Shown: one piece after another, positions 53,388 to 64,000 of the stretch
How the letters are laid out: every line of letters begins with the position of its first letter
Numbering within the stretch: position 1 is the first letter of the stretch
Source: Antedon mediterranea
Taxonomy: Eukaryota > Animalia > Echinodermata
NCBI RefSeq assembly: GCF_964355755.1
Contig: NC_092678.1
Span: forward strand, 6,650,422-6,714,421
Direction of reading: 5' to 3'
Length of the DNA: 64,000 bases
Position numbers and translations under genes: made by a program
Notes under the pieces: model-generated
Told to the model about the DNA's origin: nothing
Databases searched by the model: none
Seen by the model: only the letters and a program-made list of their open reading frames with translations

Positions 53388-54120
53388 ACTAGATTTGAAC
53401 TCGTCACTATGGACGAGTTAGGTTATTCGCAGCTCAAACGCCACGTGCACGTCATACGTTAGAATATTGCGCACAAAAAAACGATTATGCCATTGAAAAA
53501 ATGTTAGTGTGCTCTCTATTTTGTGTCACGTCTAAGTATATAATAGTATATAGTATATACGTACTACATACAGTGCTGAATAAGTGAAAATACGTGACCA
53601 AAGTTATTGACGCTTTTGAACATGATGACGCCACCACAATTGTAAAAATGGTAAATCATGCGAAAGATAATTGATTGACCTAGACAATATAAAAAAATGG
53701 GGGGAAATGGAATACGGATAAGTAGAGATGCGCTCTATTAAATGTGATGAGCTATGAAGAAAGAGACAAAAATCCTATATTTTATATTCGAGTGACCATA
53801 CGATGTCGTCACAATGTCCAATTAGCCATAGGCCTATTGATGCATGATCCGATATCTACAACTCATTTACTTCCATAATATGTAATAACAATAAACTTCA
53901 CCATGTAGTTTAGAAACTATGACTGTTTAAAAAAAGGCATAATTTTGACGAATTTTTTAACTTGTTCATCAAAAACGCGCCCAAATTGCGCGCACGTGGG
54001 AATTTTGACATGCTTAAAATTACATGAAACGCGTAGAAAGTTGATTAGAAATTAATTTTGCGCGCGTAACTTTATGTGACACCAGCCATTTTTAATCCAT
54101 AGAAAGTTTGCTGATAACCA
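53388..54120 (-). mobile_element. Non-autonomous Helitron/Helentron-like insertion
   Basis: Minus-strand end has an 8-bp hairpin AACTCGTC-6nt-GACGAGTT followed by CTAG-T; host paralogous sequence (AAAAGAGAGAAGAGAGAGAATT) resumes at ~54125. Confidence 0.55.
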
Positions 54121-55139
54121 ATAATAAAAAGAGAGAAGAGAGAGAATTATAATTCTATGATAACCTTTTAGTTAGTTGACAATTGTGTATATAATTAAGA
54201 AGAAATAGAAAGAAAGAAATAATAAATGCATCAGAACGATTCAAACACCGTTGTCATTGTTATATTTAAACATAAAATAATTTTTCCCTTTTTGGTTAAC
54301 CACCACCTTTTAAATAATAATTTATATACATTTTTTCTAACTTTTTTTGTGTTATTTTCTGGTTTTTTTTACCTCTATTTATTTATTTATGTTTTATTTT
54401 AGTTCCGTATCATACTTAGATTAATACTATCTACCCATTACTCAACATTATTTTTGTTAAATCAAATTCATATATTTATTCTATCATTAACATGTTTTCT
54501 TTCGTTTCGTCTCCCACTTTTATTTCATTTCAATAATTATACTTATATTGTACATTACAAACACTTGTAACCTACTGTACCTGTATGTATCTATAGTAGG
54601 TATATATGCTTCTTTATTTAGGCCTATTATATATATATCCTTTCATTTTATTTCTTCTTAGTTCGGTTATAGTTATTTTTCTCGTATCTATCATTACACA
54701 TCATATCACATGTTTTCGCGCCGCGCCTTTAGGCAGTTATATTCAAGAGGACGGAAACATTAGGAAACTGTATCACGCGGAAGCTAATAGTACTAGAGGC
54801 TGACAGAAATGGGAATTTTTAGAAAAATCTGTCTGTCTGTGGGCTGTCAAAACAATTTATCATTGAACAATGGTCAAAACATTCCTTCCTCTATGGTAAC
54901 TATTTTTGGAGTATAATGGTGTATAAGCCTAATAGATGAAGGCTGGAAAATTATAACATTTGTTTACTTTATTGTTGGGGCATGTGGTCCCTACCCTAGA
55001 ATATGTTTAGTGCTATAGTTTAGTTTATGATTATATTTTTGTTTTGTACAGTTAGGCCAGACTATATTTACGTTACACAAAATTATTATTATTATTTCTG
55101 AAGAAAGAACAAAATGTCGAGCGGCGCTTTTTTTTTTCT

Positions 55140-55402
55140 CTAGGACCACCACCGCTTCTGTTGTTCGCGCCGAGTTAACACATAACATGGCGTGGGTATT
55201 AAGGTGTATTCGTCCAAATCATGCGTGAGAAATACAGCATTACTGTAAAAATTGAGTCAAGTTTAGTTTTTTTAATGTCTCTCTGGATGTTATTACGTAA
55301 AGTACAGTAACGTTTATATAGTTCAGGATCTCTCGGACGTTGTTTGTTTAGTTTAGATAACAATTTATCGCGTTCCTCTATTTTACTTAACATTTCGTGG
55401 GT
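55140..55402 (-). mobile_element. Inverted LINE-derived segment attached to the 5' end of the CR1-like element
   Basis: 55262-55402 is the reverse complement of ~56001-56141; 55140-55260 resembles a degenerate endonuclease motif (NRSGGG). Confidence 0.8.
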
Positions 55403-58150
55403 TTTTAGGCAATATCTTATTGCCTAAAACAAAACCAATACTGCTAGGAACTATTTACCGTCCTCCATCGCAAAGTTACGTTTCTTTTTTAGATAACATA
55501 GACAGGATTATGACAGGTTTCATAACGAGATGGTCATCCTTGGGGATATGAATATCGATATGAACAAAAACGACAGCATGTTAAAGAAATACCAAGATTT
55601 TATGAACACTCATTCTCTTGATCAGATTATTAAAGAAACCACGCGTACAAGAACGGAATCTACGGAAACTATTATCGACCATATTCTTTGCAGTAACATT
55701 AACTTATACCAAGCTGGAGTTTTGAAAATTGGAATCAGTGATCATTTTGTAACGTTCTGTACTAGAAAGAAAAAACGAAGTCAATTCACAGGTAGCAAAT
55801 TCTGTAGGATTCGGTCCTTGCGCAACTATGACCCGGAAAACTTTTCCCTTTTACTTAACGAATATGACTGGTCGGTCGTGAAGGACTCTACTGATGCCAA
55901 TGACGCCTGGTACAAATTTAAATCGATGCTTCAATCTATTTTAGATAAAGTGGCACCGTCCAAAAATATTCGAATTAAAAAAAGAACTGAAGACTGGATG
56001 ACCCACGAAATGTTAAGTAAAATAGAGGAACGCGATAAATTGTTATCTAAACTAAACAAGCAACATCCGAGAGATCCTGAACTATATAAACGTTACTGTA
56101 CTTTACGTAATAACATCCAGAGAGACATTAAAGAAACTAAAGTTAACCTTGTATTGAATAAATTGGAAGAATATAATCCAACCCTAAACAACTTTCGAAG
56201 CAACGACGTTGGGAAAATAGCTTTGAATATTGAAGATAATATATGTTATTCAGATGTTTCCATCGCTCAACATTTTAATAGATTTTTTACAAATGTTGCC
56301 TCTGCCCTAGTAAATAAGCTTCCAATTGTAAGAAGCTTGTACGGTACACAGAGCGAATTGTTTCAGTCATTTTACCAAGGTAAAATTACAAATAGGTTCT
56401 TCCTTAGTACTATCGATGACAAATTCATCGAAGATCAACTTAATGGTTTGAATGCAACCAAAAGTACAGGTCTTGATAATATTCCTGCTCGATTTTTAAA
56501 AGACGGAGCGTCGGTACTTAAACAACCTATTATGCATATTGTAAATCTGTCAATTATTAACGGTATTGTCCCAGATGATTTCAAAGTTGCTAAAGTAAAA
56601 CCACTATTCAAAAAGAACAGTCGGACTGACGTAAATAATTATCTGCCTATAGTTTCGAAGATCCTCGAAAGGGCAATACACCAACAGCTTGTTAAATATT
56701 TAGAAACTAACAAATTAATTTATGAATTTCAGTCAGGATTTCGTAAATGTCACTTGGCAAACTTACTGGGATGGTGCTTTTGGACTTACAAAAAGCATTT
56801 GATACCGTTAATCATTACATTCTATTTAACAAGCTTGATGCAATTGGAGTTGATTCACTGCAATGGTTTAAGTCATATCTAAGTGATAGAAGCCAAGTTG
56901 TTCATGTCAATGAAATTTGTTCCGATAAACTATCAATTGATTGTGGTGTTTCCCAGGGGAGTATACTGGGTCCACTGTTGTTTTTAATATACATTAATGA
57001 CATATATCTATCGGAGTAGATTCTGAATGTAAAGTTATGCTATATGCTGATGACAGCACCTTAATTTATGCTGATAAAGACCCTTTGATAATTAAAAATA
57101 AATTAACAACTAACTTAAATAGTTGTAATAACTGGCTTAATGAAAATAAGCTATCATTGCATATGGGTAAAACTGAGTGTATATTATTTGGTACCAATAG
57201 CAGACTTAAGCAAATTGATGAATTTAAAATTGAAACTTTGGATTACTATATTTTTGGAAAACAGTCAGTAAAATATCTAGGTGTTGAACTAGACAATAAT
57301 GTATATGGGGACACCATTGCTTCAACTGTTGTTAAGGAAGCTAATGCTAGGTTAAAGTTTCTCTACAGACAATCTGATTATCTTAATTTTAATTGTAGAA
57401 AACTTCTATCAACGGCCCTTATCCAATGTCTTTTTGATTATTCATTTTCATCGTGGTATGTCGGTATATCCAAGAAATATCAACATAAACTTCAAATTGT
57501 TCAAAACAAAGTAGTTAGATTCATTAATAAGAAAGGCCTTCGGACTCACGTCGGTCAAAACGAGTTAAATTTGTTAGGATTTTTTAATGTTGATGATCGA
57601 GCAAAGTTTTTAAGATTATGTCATGTCTATAAAGTTGTGCACAATAGCAGCCCACAATACATGCATTAACAACTTCCATAGGATTGTTCATTCCGACAAC
57701 TATAACACTAGAAATAGTTCATTTAATTTTAGAATTCCCACTAAATCATCAAATACATTCTTCTACAAGTCTATCAAGGATTGGAACGCTTTGCTCCAAC
57801 CAATTAAAAGTAACCCGACAATCTACTCTTTTAAATTAAACGTTAAGAAACATCTAAAAGACAAAGCACTACATACATAATAATTATGACGATAAAAATA
57901 AAAATACTTATAATAATATGGAAGCAATTTAAAATATCTTTTGTTCTGTTTGCTGTTTTTTATTTGTACATTTTGCTATTGGCATATCATTTTTTGTCTT
58001 CTGTTTAAATGTTATTATTTTCTTAAGGACCCCATTGGAAATAAGTCCTATAACTAGGACTTTCCTGGACTTTCCTTGCATCTCTAAGTCTGATTTTTTA
58101 TTTTACTTTTTTAAATTGTATTATTAAATTGTAGTTAAGTACAAATAAAA
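55403..58150 (+). mobile_element. CR1-type LINE ORF2 (partial APE endonuclease plus RT), frameshifted, with internal deletions
   Basis: GTIYRPP, ILGDMNID, IIDHI, ISDH, KSTGLDNIP, QSGFR, LDLQKAFDTVNH, GVSQGSILGPLLFLIYIND, LYADD and KYLGV motifs across three frames; 3' UTR with AATAAA. Confidence 0.95.
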
Positions 58151-59076
58151 GAGATTCAGTCAAAAAAGAATTTTAATAACTATGAAGGAAAATTTTAAAA
58201 ATGATTGTAATTATGTATGATATATTTTAATAGACTGACTTTTTAACTTGAATTTGTGTAATTATGTATTTAACCATGTCATGTTTTTTGAGATGTAAAT
58301 AAAACAAACCAAACCAAATACTGTATAAGTACAGTAAAGTAGAGATGTTCCGCATTATTGAGAGATTACTATAATATAATAATAGTACTTACTGGGAACA
58401 GAGATTAACATAGAATTACTAAAATTGGAATTGAAAAAAGTAACAATCTTACAACTACAGCAGTACTACAGTGTACTGCCCTAATTAAGGACCATCAAGA
58501 CCAAACTAAGAAACATATACACATACAGCAGTACAAGGCGAGGCACAGCACAAACAAAAATATAAACAAATACAACGTAAACAAAATAAAAAATAGTACA
58601 GCTACCAACAGTAAGCCTATACTGCAAAATGAACATTTGCAGTTCCCACGGTGTTCCTTTTGAGACTATTTCTTCCTATATAGAAAGAAAGAAAGACGTT
58701 TTAAACAGTGGTAGATTGAAATAGTTAATTAAACAATATACTCGAGTCTTCGTGATGATCCATTTCCAATTTTTATTTAACAATCCGGTGCTAAAGGAAA
58801 CGAAAAGACTTAGATGAGGCAGGGCCAGCAGAACGTTTCGAAAGTTGGGGTCGGGAGGGTGGGGGAGGGTTGAGTCCCAATAAAATAATATGACCTCTGG
58901 TGACCGGAAGTCGCAATCTTAAAAATGATCGGGATAAAATGGTAAATATTTAAACTTGCTATTTCAACCCACCGTGGTTGGGACTGAAGTGAAAAATGAA
59001 TGGAGAAAAATATACTTAAGTCACTCAAACGCCCACCTCTCTCTTCCTACCCTCACAAACAAGTAACACGTACTAC

Positions 59077-59811
59077 TTACCAAATTAATATTAGGCATAT
59101 TGTTGCCAACATAATTGTGCCAAATAATGGATGTCCTAGTAAACTGACTCCTGCAATTGAAGCCGCCGATATGGCATTATAGTTTCTGAAAGCAGGAGGC
59201 GTATCAGGCACGTGCTTTTTGGCAGCTATATCGTATATAGGCCTATAGTGAATATCATCACGGAGTTCATCATCATCATTATCATCATCACCACCAACAT
59301 CATGAATAACAGTAGGCATCGTGTGATCACAATTGGTCTTTTGATGAACCAAATCTTTTTTTGTGGAATTTCGTTCCTTGTAGCATTTGTCGTTAGTAAC
59401 ACATGTCAGAGCGCTAGGGGCTATTGGATCATCAACATCAACGGGTGGATCGTCGTTTTTAATAAGTGTAGGCGTATGGTTGTTTGAAAATTGGGCATCA
59501 TTGTCGTTAGTAACACGATAACTCAGAGGGCTAGGGGTATTTGAACAATCACAACCTTTCTCTGTGGACGTCCCCTCATTGTAGTAAACGGGTTGATAGG
59601 TTTTCTCAGTGGTTCGTTCTAGGCGGATTTGCTGCATCATCCTTTTGACCTCATCTATATCAACAGATAATCTATATAGGGGATCCACATCACTATGTTT
59701 GTTTGTACTGTATTCACTGCACTGACAATCGCTTTCCTTTTTTGTTGCCACAGCGAACATATATCCCCCAACGAAAGTGACTGCCAACCCTATGTACAAA
59801 TGTCTCGGAAA
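59077..59811 (-). pseudogene. TSR-family gene A2: diverged paralog of A1 that lacks TSRs and its ATG; N-terminal hydrophobic segment, EGF remnant, acidic/Pro-rich region, C-terminal TM ending at a splice donor
   Basis: ATKKESDC and YNEGTSTEKGCDC match A1 (ATKTESDC, YNEGTLTEKGCDC); sequence upstream of 59811 equals A1 upstream of ~45556; the ORF-track start at 59844 is TTG; TG|gtaagt donor follows the TM as in A1. Confidence 0.65.
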
Positions 59812-61211
59812 GGAAATTCCCAGTTTGACAAAGATATTACACAATTATTAGCAAGATCAAATAACAACATCTAAAAATAAATAACATTTCACCTGCCAGC
59901 GGCAATTCTTTTTCTATACAAACGTTTACAATTAAGGAATATTATAAGGAGCCTTTATCAATTGTTGTTATTCATGAGTCAAAAAATGGAAAAACCTGAT
60001 AACTATTAATAGTAAAATATGTAATAAAATGTCACTGAACTTGAGGAGAGAACAGCCTATCGACCTACTTATACATGGGTTGACACCCGGGTTGACATGG
60101 GTTCGGTGTGAATTACATCCATGGAAATTGCGAGGTAATGGCCTAATTGGTGTGGGTAGTTTGGGGTTTTATTCAATATTACTGAAAAAAACTAGATGAA
60201 TAATTAGTAACTGAGGCAACACTAAAAGTACAGTTTTTGTAAACACAATAATTGTTCTCTTTTCATACATTTTTCTCATCAGGTCTCATCAAAAATATAT
60301 TTCATACAATTATGGACTTCCCATAGAGAGAAATTCCACTCTTCCTTAATGTAATTACTACTGATGGTGAATATCCAATAAGCAGTCATATTTATTTTAT
60401 TTTAAAGATGTAAAACATAAAAAAATTTTTTCACTTGTAAAATGACAAAATAAATTGTTAAATTCAACACAAAAAAACCATTGGCTGGCAGCCAATTTGG
60501 CAATTTTTTGTTATTTTTTTAAAAGGTTATAGGCCATGGTCATTTGAATGACTTGTACATAAAATGAGTATAAAATGGGGTTGTCAACAAACACGACAAC
60601 ATCATCGAGGAAGTGTTTTGAAAGCCCAAAGTTGTAAAGCTCTGTCTGCACTAGTTTGACAAAAAAGTGTGATGTGCCCAAATATGGTAGTGATATGATT
60701 AAATGGTAGTGATATGACATCATTATGTCCATATAATTATGAGCACAAAACATTTTTGTCACATAAAGTTTGTGTAGGCAGAGCTTAATGTTACAATAAA
60801 AAGAGAGGAGAGAGAGAATTATAATTCTATGATAACCTTTATTATTCCAACGTATAGTACATTTTACAGCATTGTTAACTGACAATAAATGCATCACAAC
60901 GACTCAAACACCATTGTCCTTTATAAACATATTCTACAACTAAAATAACAATGTATTGGATCTGAAGTAAGTAAACTTAAAGTTAGCAATCTAAATAAGG
61001 TAAATATATTTCTAAGCAATACACTTTTATACAAAAAGTATAGAGTCTTTTGTTTTATATCTATAATCATTTAAAGCTACCAACTTGTTAAAGGTTATGC
61101 TTCTATAGCTACGCTGGTTCACAGTGCAATCCATCCGGAACTTTCGTTAACCTAAGCTGATCCCTGTCTGATCTCTGTCTCACGATAAATCTGATAATAA
61201 AAGATGATAAT

Positions 61212-62117
61212 CTACGTGATGATGATGTAGATAATGATGAGGATAATCTGAAAATAAAATGATGAAAATGATGGTGATGATGAAGATGATGACGTACCAC
61301 CGCAGTCTGGTTTCTTCGTAGGTATGTTACATGTTGTACCTTGGCGATTACAGGGTCGTTCTTCAACGGGTTGTTCCTTGCATAATCCGCAGGCTTCTGT
61401 GACGTTCCTGATTCTGAATTGAGCGCCGAATTGATCACATTCTTGTGTACATACAGACCAATCACCCCAATCAGTATACTGACAGTCACTGTATTCCACT
61501 TGGCATGACTGTTCTTCGAAGGAGGGTTGCAATATGCATCCATCTATATTATTATCAAGTATGTTCCTAACTCTATACTGAGTTCCATTTTCTCCACGTT
61601 CTTGTGAGTGGCACGATGACCAAGAACCCCAAATACTGTATTGGCAATCATTACTTTCTTGCCTACATGACTGTTCTTCGAAGGTGGGTTGCAATATGCA
61701 TCCATCTATATCATTCTCAAGTATGTTCCTATCTCTAAACTGCGTTCCATTTTCTCCACGTTCTTGTGAGTGGCACGTTGACCAAGGACCCCAATCAGTG
61801 TATTGACAGTCAATGAACTCGTTACTACATGACTGTAGACCTACTTCGGTGACATGTTTACTACATCCATTCTCCTGAACAATGTTCCTAACTCGAAATT
61901 GTGTTCCATTTTCTCCGCTTTTTTGTGAATGACATGCGCTCCAGTTACCCCAATCACTGTACGTACAATCACTTTCCTCTTTTGTTTCCCATGGTTTCCC
62001 GCAAAACATTCCTCCAACAAATCCTCCGACAAATCCTCCAACAAAAGAAGCTCCTGCCACAAGTAACAAACATATTCCTGCTTTTTTTTTTGGTACGTGA
62101 TTTTTCTTACACTCCAT
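61212..62117 (-). CDS. TSR gene B2: single-exon 301-aa membrane protein with N-terminal signal-anchor, 4 TSR-like repeats, Ser-rich linker and hydrophobic C-terminus
   Basis: Open ORF; four DCxYxxWGxWSxC...GxQ(F/Y)RxRN...C...C repeats; NGT sequons; TATAAA at 62208-62213. Confidence 0.85.
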   Translation of the reverse strand: MECKKNHVPKKKAGICLLLVAGASFVGGFVGGFVGGMFCGKPWETKEESDCTYSDWGNWSACHSQKSGENGTQFRVRNIVQENGCSKHVTEVGLQSCSNEFIDCQYTDWGPWSTCHSQERGENGTQFRDRNILENDIDGCILQPTFEEQSCRQESNDCQYSIWGSWSSCHSQERGENGTQYRVRNILDNNIDGCILQPSFEEQSCQVEYSDCQYTDWGDWSVCTQECDQFGAQFRIRNVTEACGLCKEQPVEERPCNRQGTTCNIPTKKPDCGGTSSSSSSPSFSSFYFQIILIIIYIIIT

Positions 62118-62204
62118 TATGGCGTAAAGAAGCTCGATTCACTAAATTCAAGCGTAACGTAATAATGTGCGAGTACCACAAGCAGCAGTAAACGATTAAT
62201 GACA

Positions 62205-62310
62205 GAGTTTATACGGAAAAAACTGGTTTATTGTTACGTGGAAATTCCAAATTTGACAAAGATAGTACAGTATACTATTCTTTATTGGAACACCAAATAT
62301 TACGTCATCA
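62205..62310 (-). promoter_or_regulatory. Putative promoter of TSR gene B2: TATAAA, Rel/kappaB-like TGGAATTTCCA (62239-62249), ATF/CRE-like TGACGTAA (~62300)
   Basis: Motif order matches the A1 and B1 upstream regions. Confidence 0.5.
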
Positions 62311-62353
62311 GCTGTATAAATGTTTACAAAAAAGAAAAATGATGAAGCCTCAT

Positions 62354-63020
62354 TCAGGGGTGGCGCCAGGATCTTCCCGACGCGGGGGCTACATTCCCCG
62401 ACGAGGGGGCTATGCGAGCGAAGCGAGCATCACAAGGCTGGGGGCCAGGGGGCCGCCAAGGGCCCCCGGTGGGAGTCCAGGGGGCGAAGCCCCCGGAAGC
62501 AACGCGTTCTAGCGTCATTTGAGGTCATTTTAATCAGATTTAGGGTAGCCATTTTTTCCATTTTTTATAATGCATAAATAAAATACTGCGTGCAAAAAAA
62601 CGATGCGCGATGACTGTTTCAATCCATATTTTTCAATTTAAAAAATAAAAGTTCAAAGAAAATTTAGAAAAATAGAGTTGGAGGTCCTGGAAATTGGACT
62701 TATTATACTTCAAAACATGAAACAAAATATATAAGTCCCTATCATGGTTGTGACTGAGCTAAGAAGTGTTTGAAAAATAGAGATGTTAGGTCCCGGAAAA
62801 TGCACTTCTTGTACTTCGAAATATGACCAGCTTTATTGTTGGGGCTGAGCTAAGAAAATGTTTAAAACTAGAGCTGCAGGTCTTCAAAAAATTGCATTTT
62901 ATACTTTGGAAACATCAGGCCCAGAGGCTTAAAAAACGCAAGCGTAGACCTTTTTCAGTCGGGGAAATAAGTTTATTCCTCCCAAGTGTATGCCTGCGTA
63001 CCATCTGGACTTCCGAGTGG
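62354..63020. mobile_element. Probable non-autonomous DNA element with a GC-rich left end
   Basis: Begins CAGGGGTGGCGCCAGGATC exactly where homology with the B1 upstream region (~49720) stops; contains GCGAGCGAAGCGAGC; right end uncertain. Confidence 0.5.
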
Positions 63021-63244
63021 TGAGAAATTCATGACATCAGGACATTGAAAATTTAATAACTTAGCTATAATAAGATGTTGGCTAAGCGAAAATGGCATGT
63101 TTTTTTGTTTAGTAATGGATGAAATATTTATTTTAGGTGCCCCACGGTACAGAAGGTTACTTGTAAATTAAAAAATTGGTGAACATACGAACAATTAACA
63201 TAATTCGTTTTTGCTGTAGTGTAGCGCACGTCGACACAGTACAC

Positions 63245-64000
63245 GACGTAACCGTCGGTAAACTTCGCCTGGAAAATAACTACAGTACACATTTTGGTCC
63301 CTGGATGGAACATGATATCACGACCCAACGTTGAACGATTCGTACAACGGGATACCGCCAGACAAGTGCGTACCTATAGCTATTGTTTAGTAGTAAGTTA
63401 GATCGCTGGCAATAATGAATGCATATAAAGTGCATAATATCACTCTGACGTACTCTCACGGTCAATGAAACGTCGAGGTTTTCTAGGCGCTGAAGCTACG
63501 AAGTGAACGCGAACGAATTATATTCCCCGACAAAAAGTACCCGAACCGTCGGTAAACTTCGCCTGGAAAATAACTACATTACACATTTTGATCCCTGGAT
63601 GGAACTTGATATCACGCGTCTCGACCCAACGTTGAACGATTCGTACAAAGGGATACCGCCAGACAAGTGCGTACCTAGCTAATGTTTAGTAGTAAGATCG
63701 CTGGCAATAATGAATGCATATAAATTGCATAATAGCACTCTGACGTACTCTCACGGTCAATGAGACGTCGCGGTTTTCTAGACGCTGAAGCTACCAAGTG
63801 AACGCGAACGTTTTTTACTGTATATTATATTCCCCGACAAAAAGTACCCGTGTTCCCTTCGGTAACCGTCGGTAAACTTCGCCTGGAAAATAACTACATT
63901 ACACATTTTGGTCCCTGGATGGAACATGATATCACGCGTCTCGACCCAACGGTGAACGATTCGTACAAAGGGATACCGCCAAACAAGTGCGTACTAGCTA
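63245..64000. repeat. ~295-320-bp tandem repeat, >=2.5 copies, runs off the right edge
   Basis: AACCGTCGGTAAACTTCGCCTGGAAAATAACTAC at ~63250, 63545, 63864. Confidence 0.92.

Noticed and set aside
61109-61543. His-rich ORF overlapping the 3' end of TSR gene B2
   Set aside because: Alternative frame of the (TCA)n-rich tail; no independent evidence, though a frameshifted ancestral C-terminus cannot be excluded
44179-62350. Endogenous virus or Polinton origin for the compact TSR genes
   Set aside because: No capsid, polymerase, integrase or packaging ATPase ORFs seen in the window, and A1/A2 have spliceosomal donors

Overview
AT-rich eukaryotic (animal, probably marine invertebrate; inference) genomic DNA, not prokaryotic. 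(1) 1-~24.4 kb is almost entirely repeat. It holds a 572-bp tandem satellite and then a ~12-kb fold-back-like structure, in which related short satellites switch strand across a central array of palindromes and a ~350-bp unique segment occurs in inverted orientation on both sides. Decayed AT-rich repeats follow, ending in a motif cluster that mirrors the 572-bp unit. (2) 26-42 kb contains a LINE remnant, one isolated titin-like Ig exon, a 4-coding-exon LEM-domain/tail-anchored (emerin-like) gene on +, and a convergent 7-exon FAM185A-like gene on - with a GC-AG intron. SINEs, MITEs and Helentron-type elements are scattered through it. (3) 43-63 kb is a duplicated two-gene cassette of compact thrombospondin-type-1-repeat (TSR) membrane-protein genes with TATA plus kappaB-like promoter motifs. 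Only one of the four copies appears intact, and the two cassettes are separated by nested LINE/Helitron insertions. (4) A ~300-bp tandem repeat ends the window. Nearly all long ORFs in 2.4-14.8 kb are repeat artefacts. Family assignments come from motif recognition by eye; no database searches were run.
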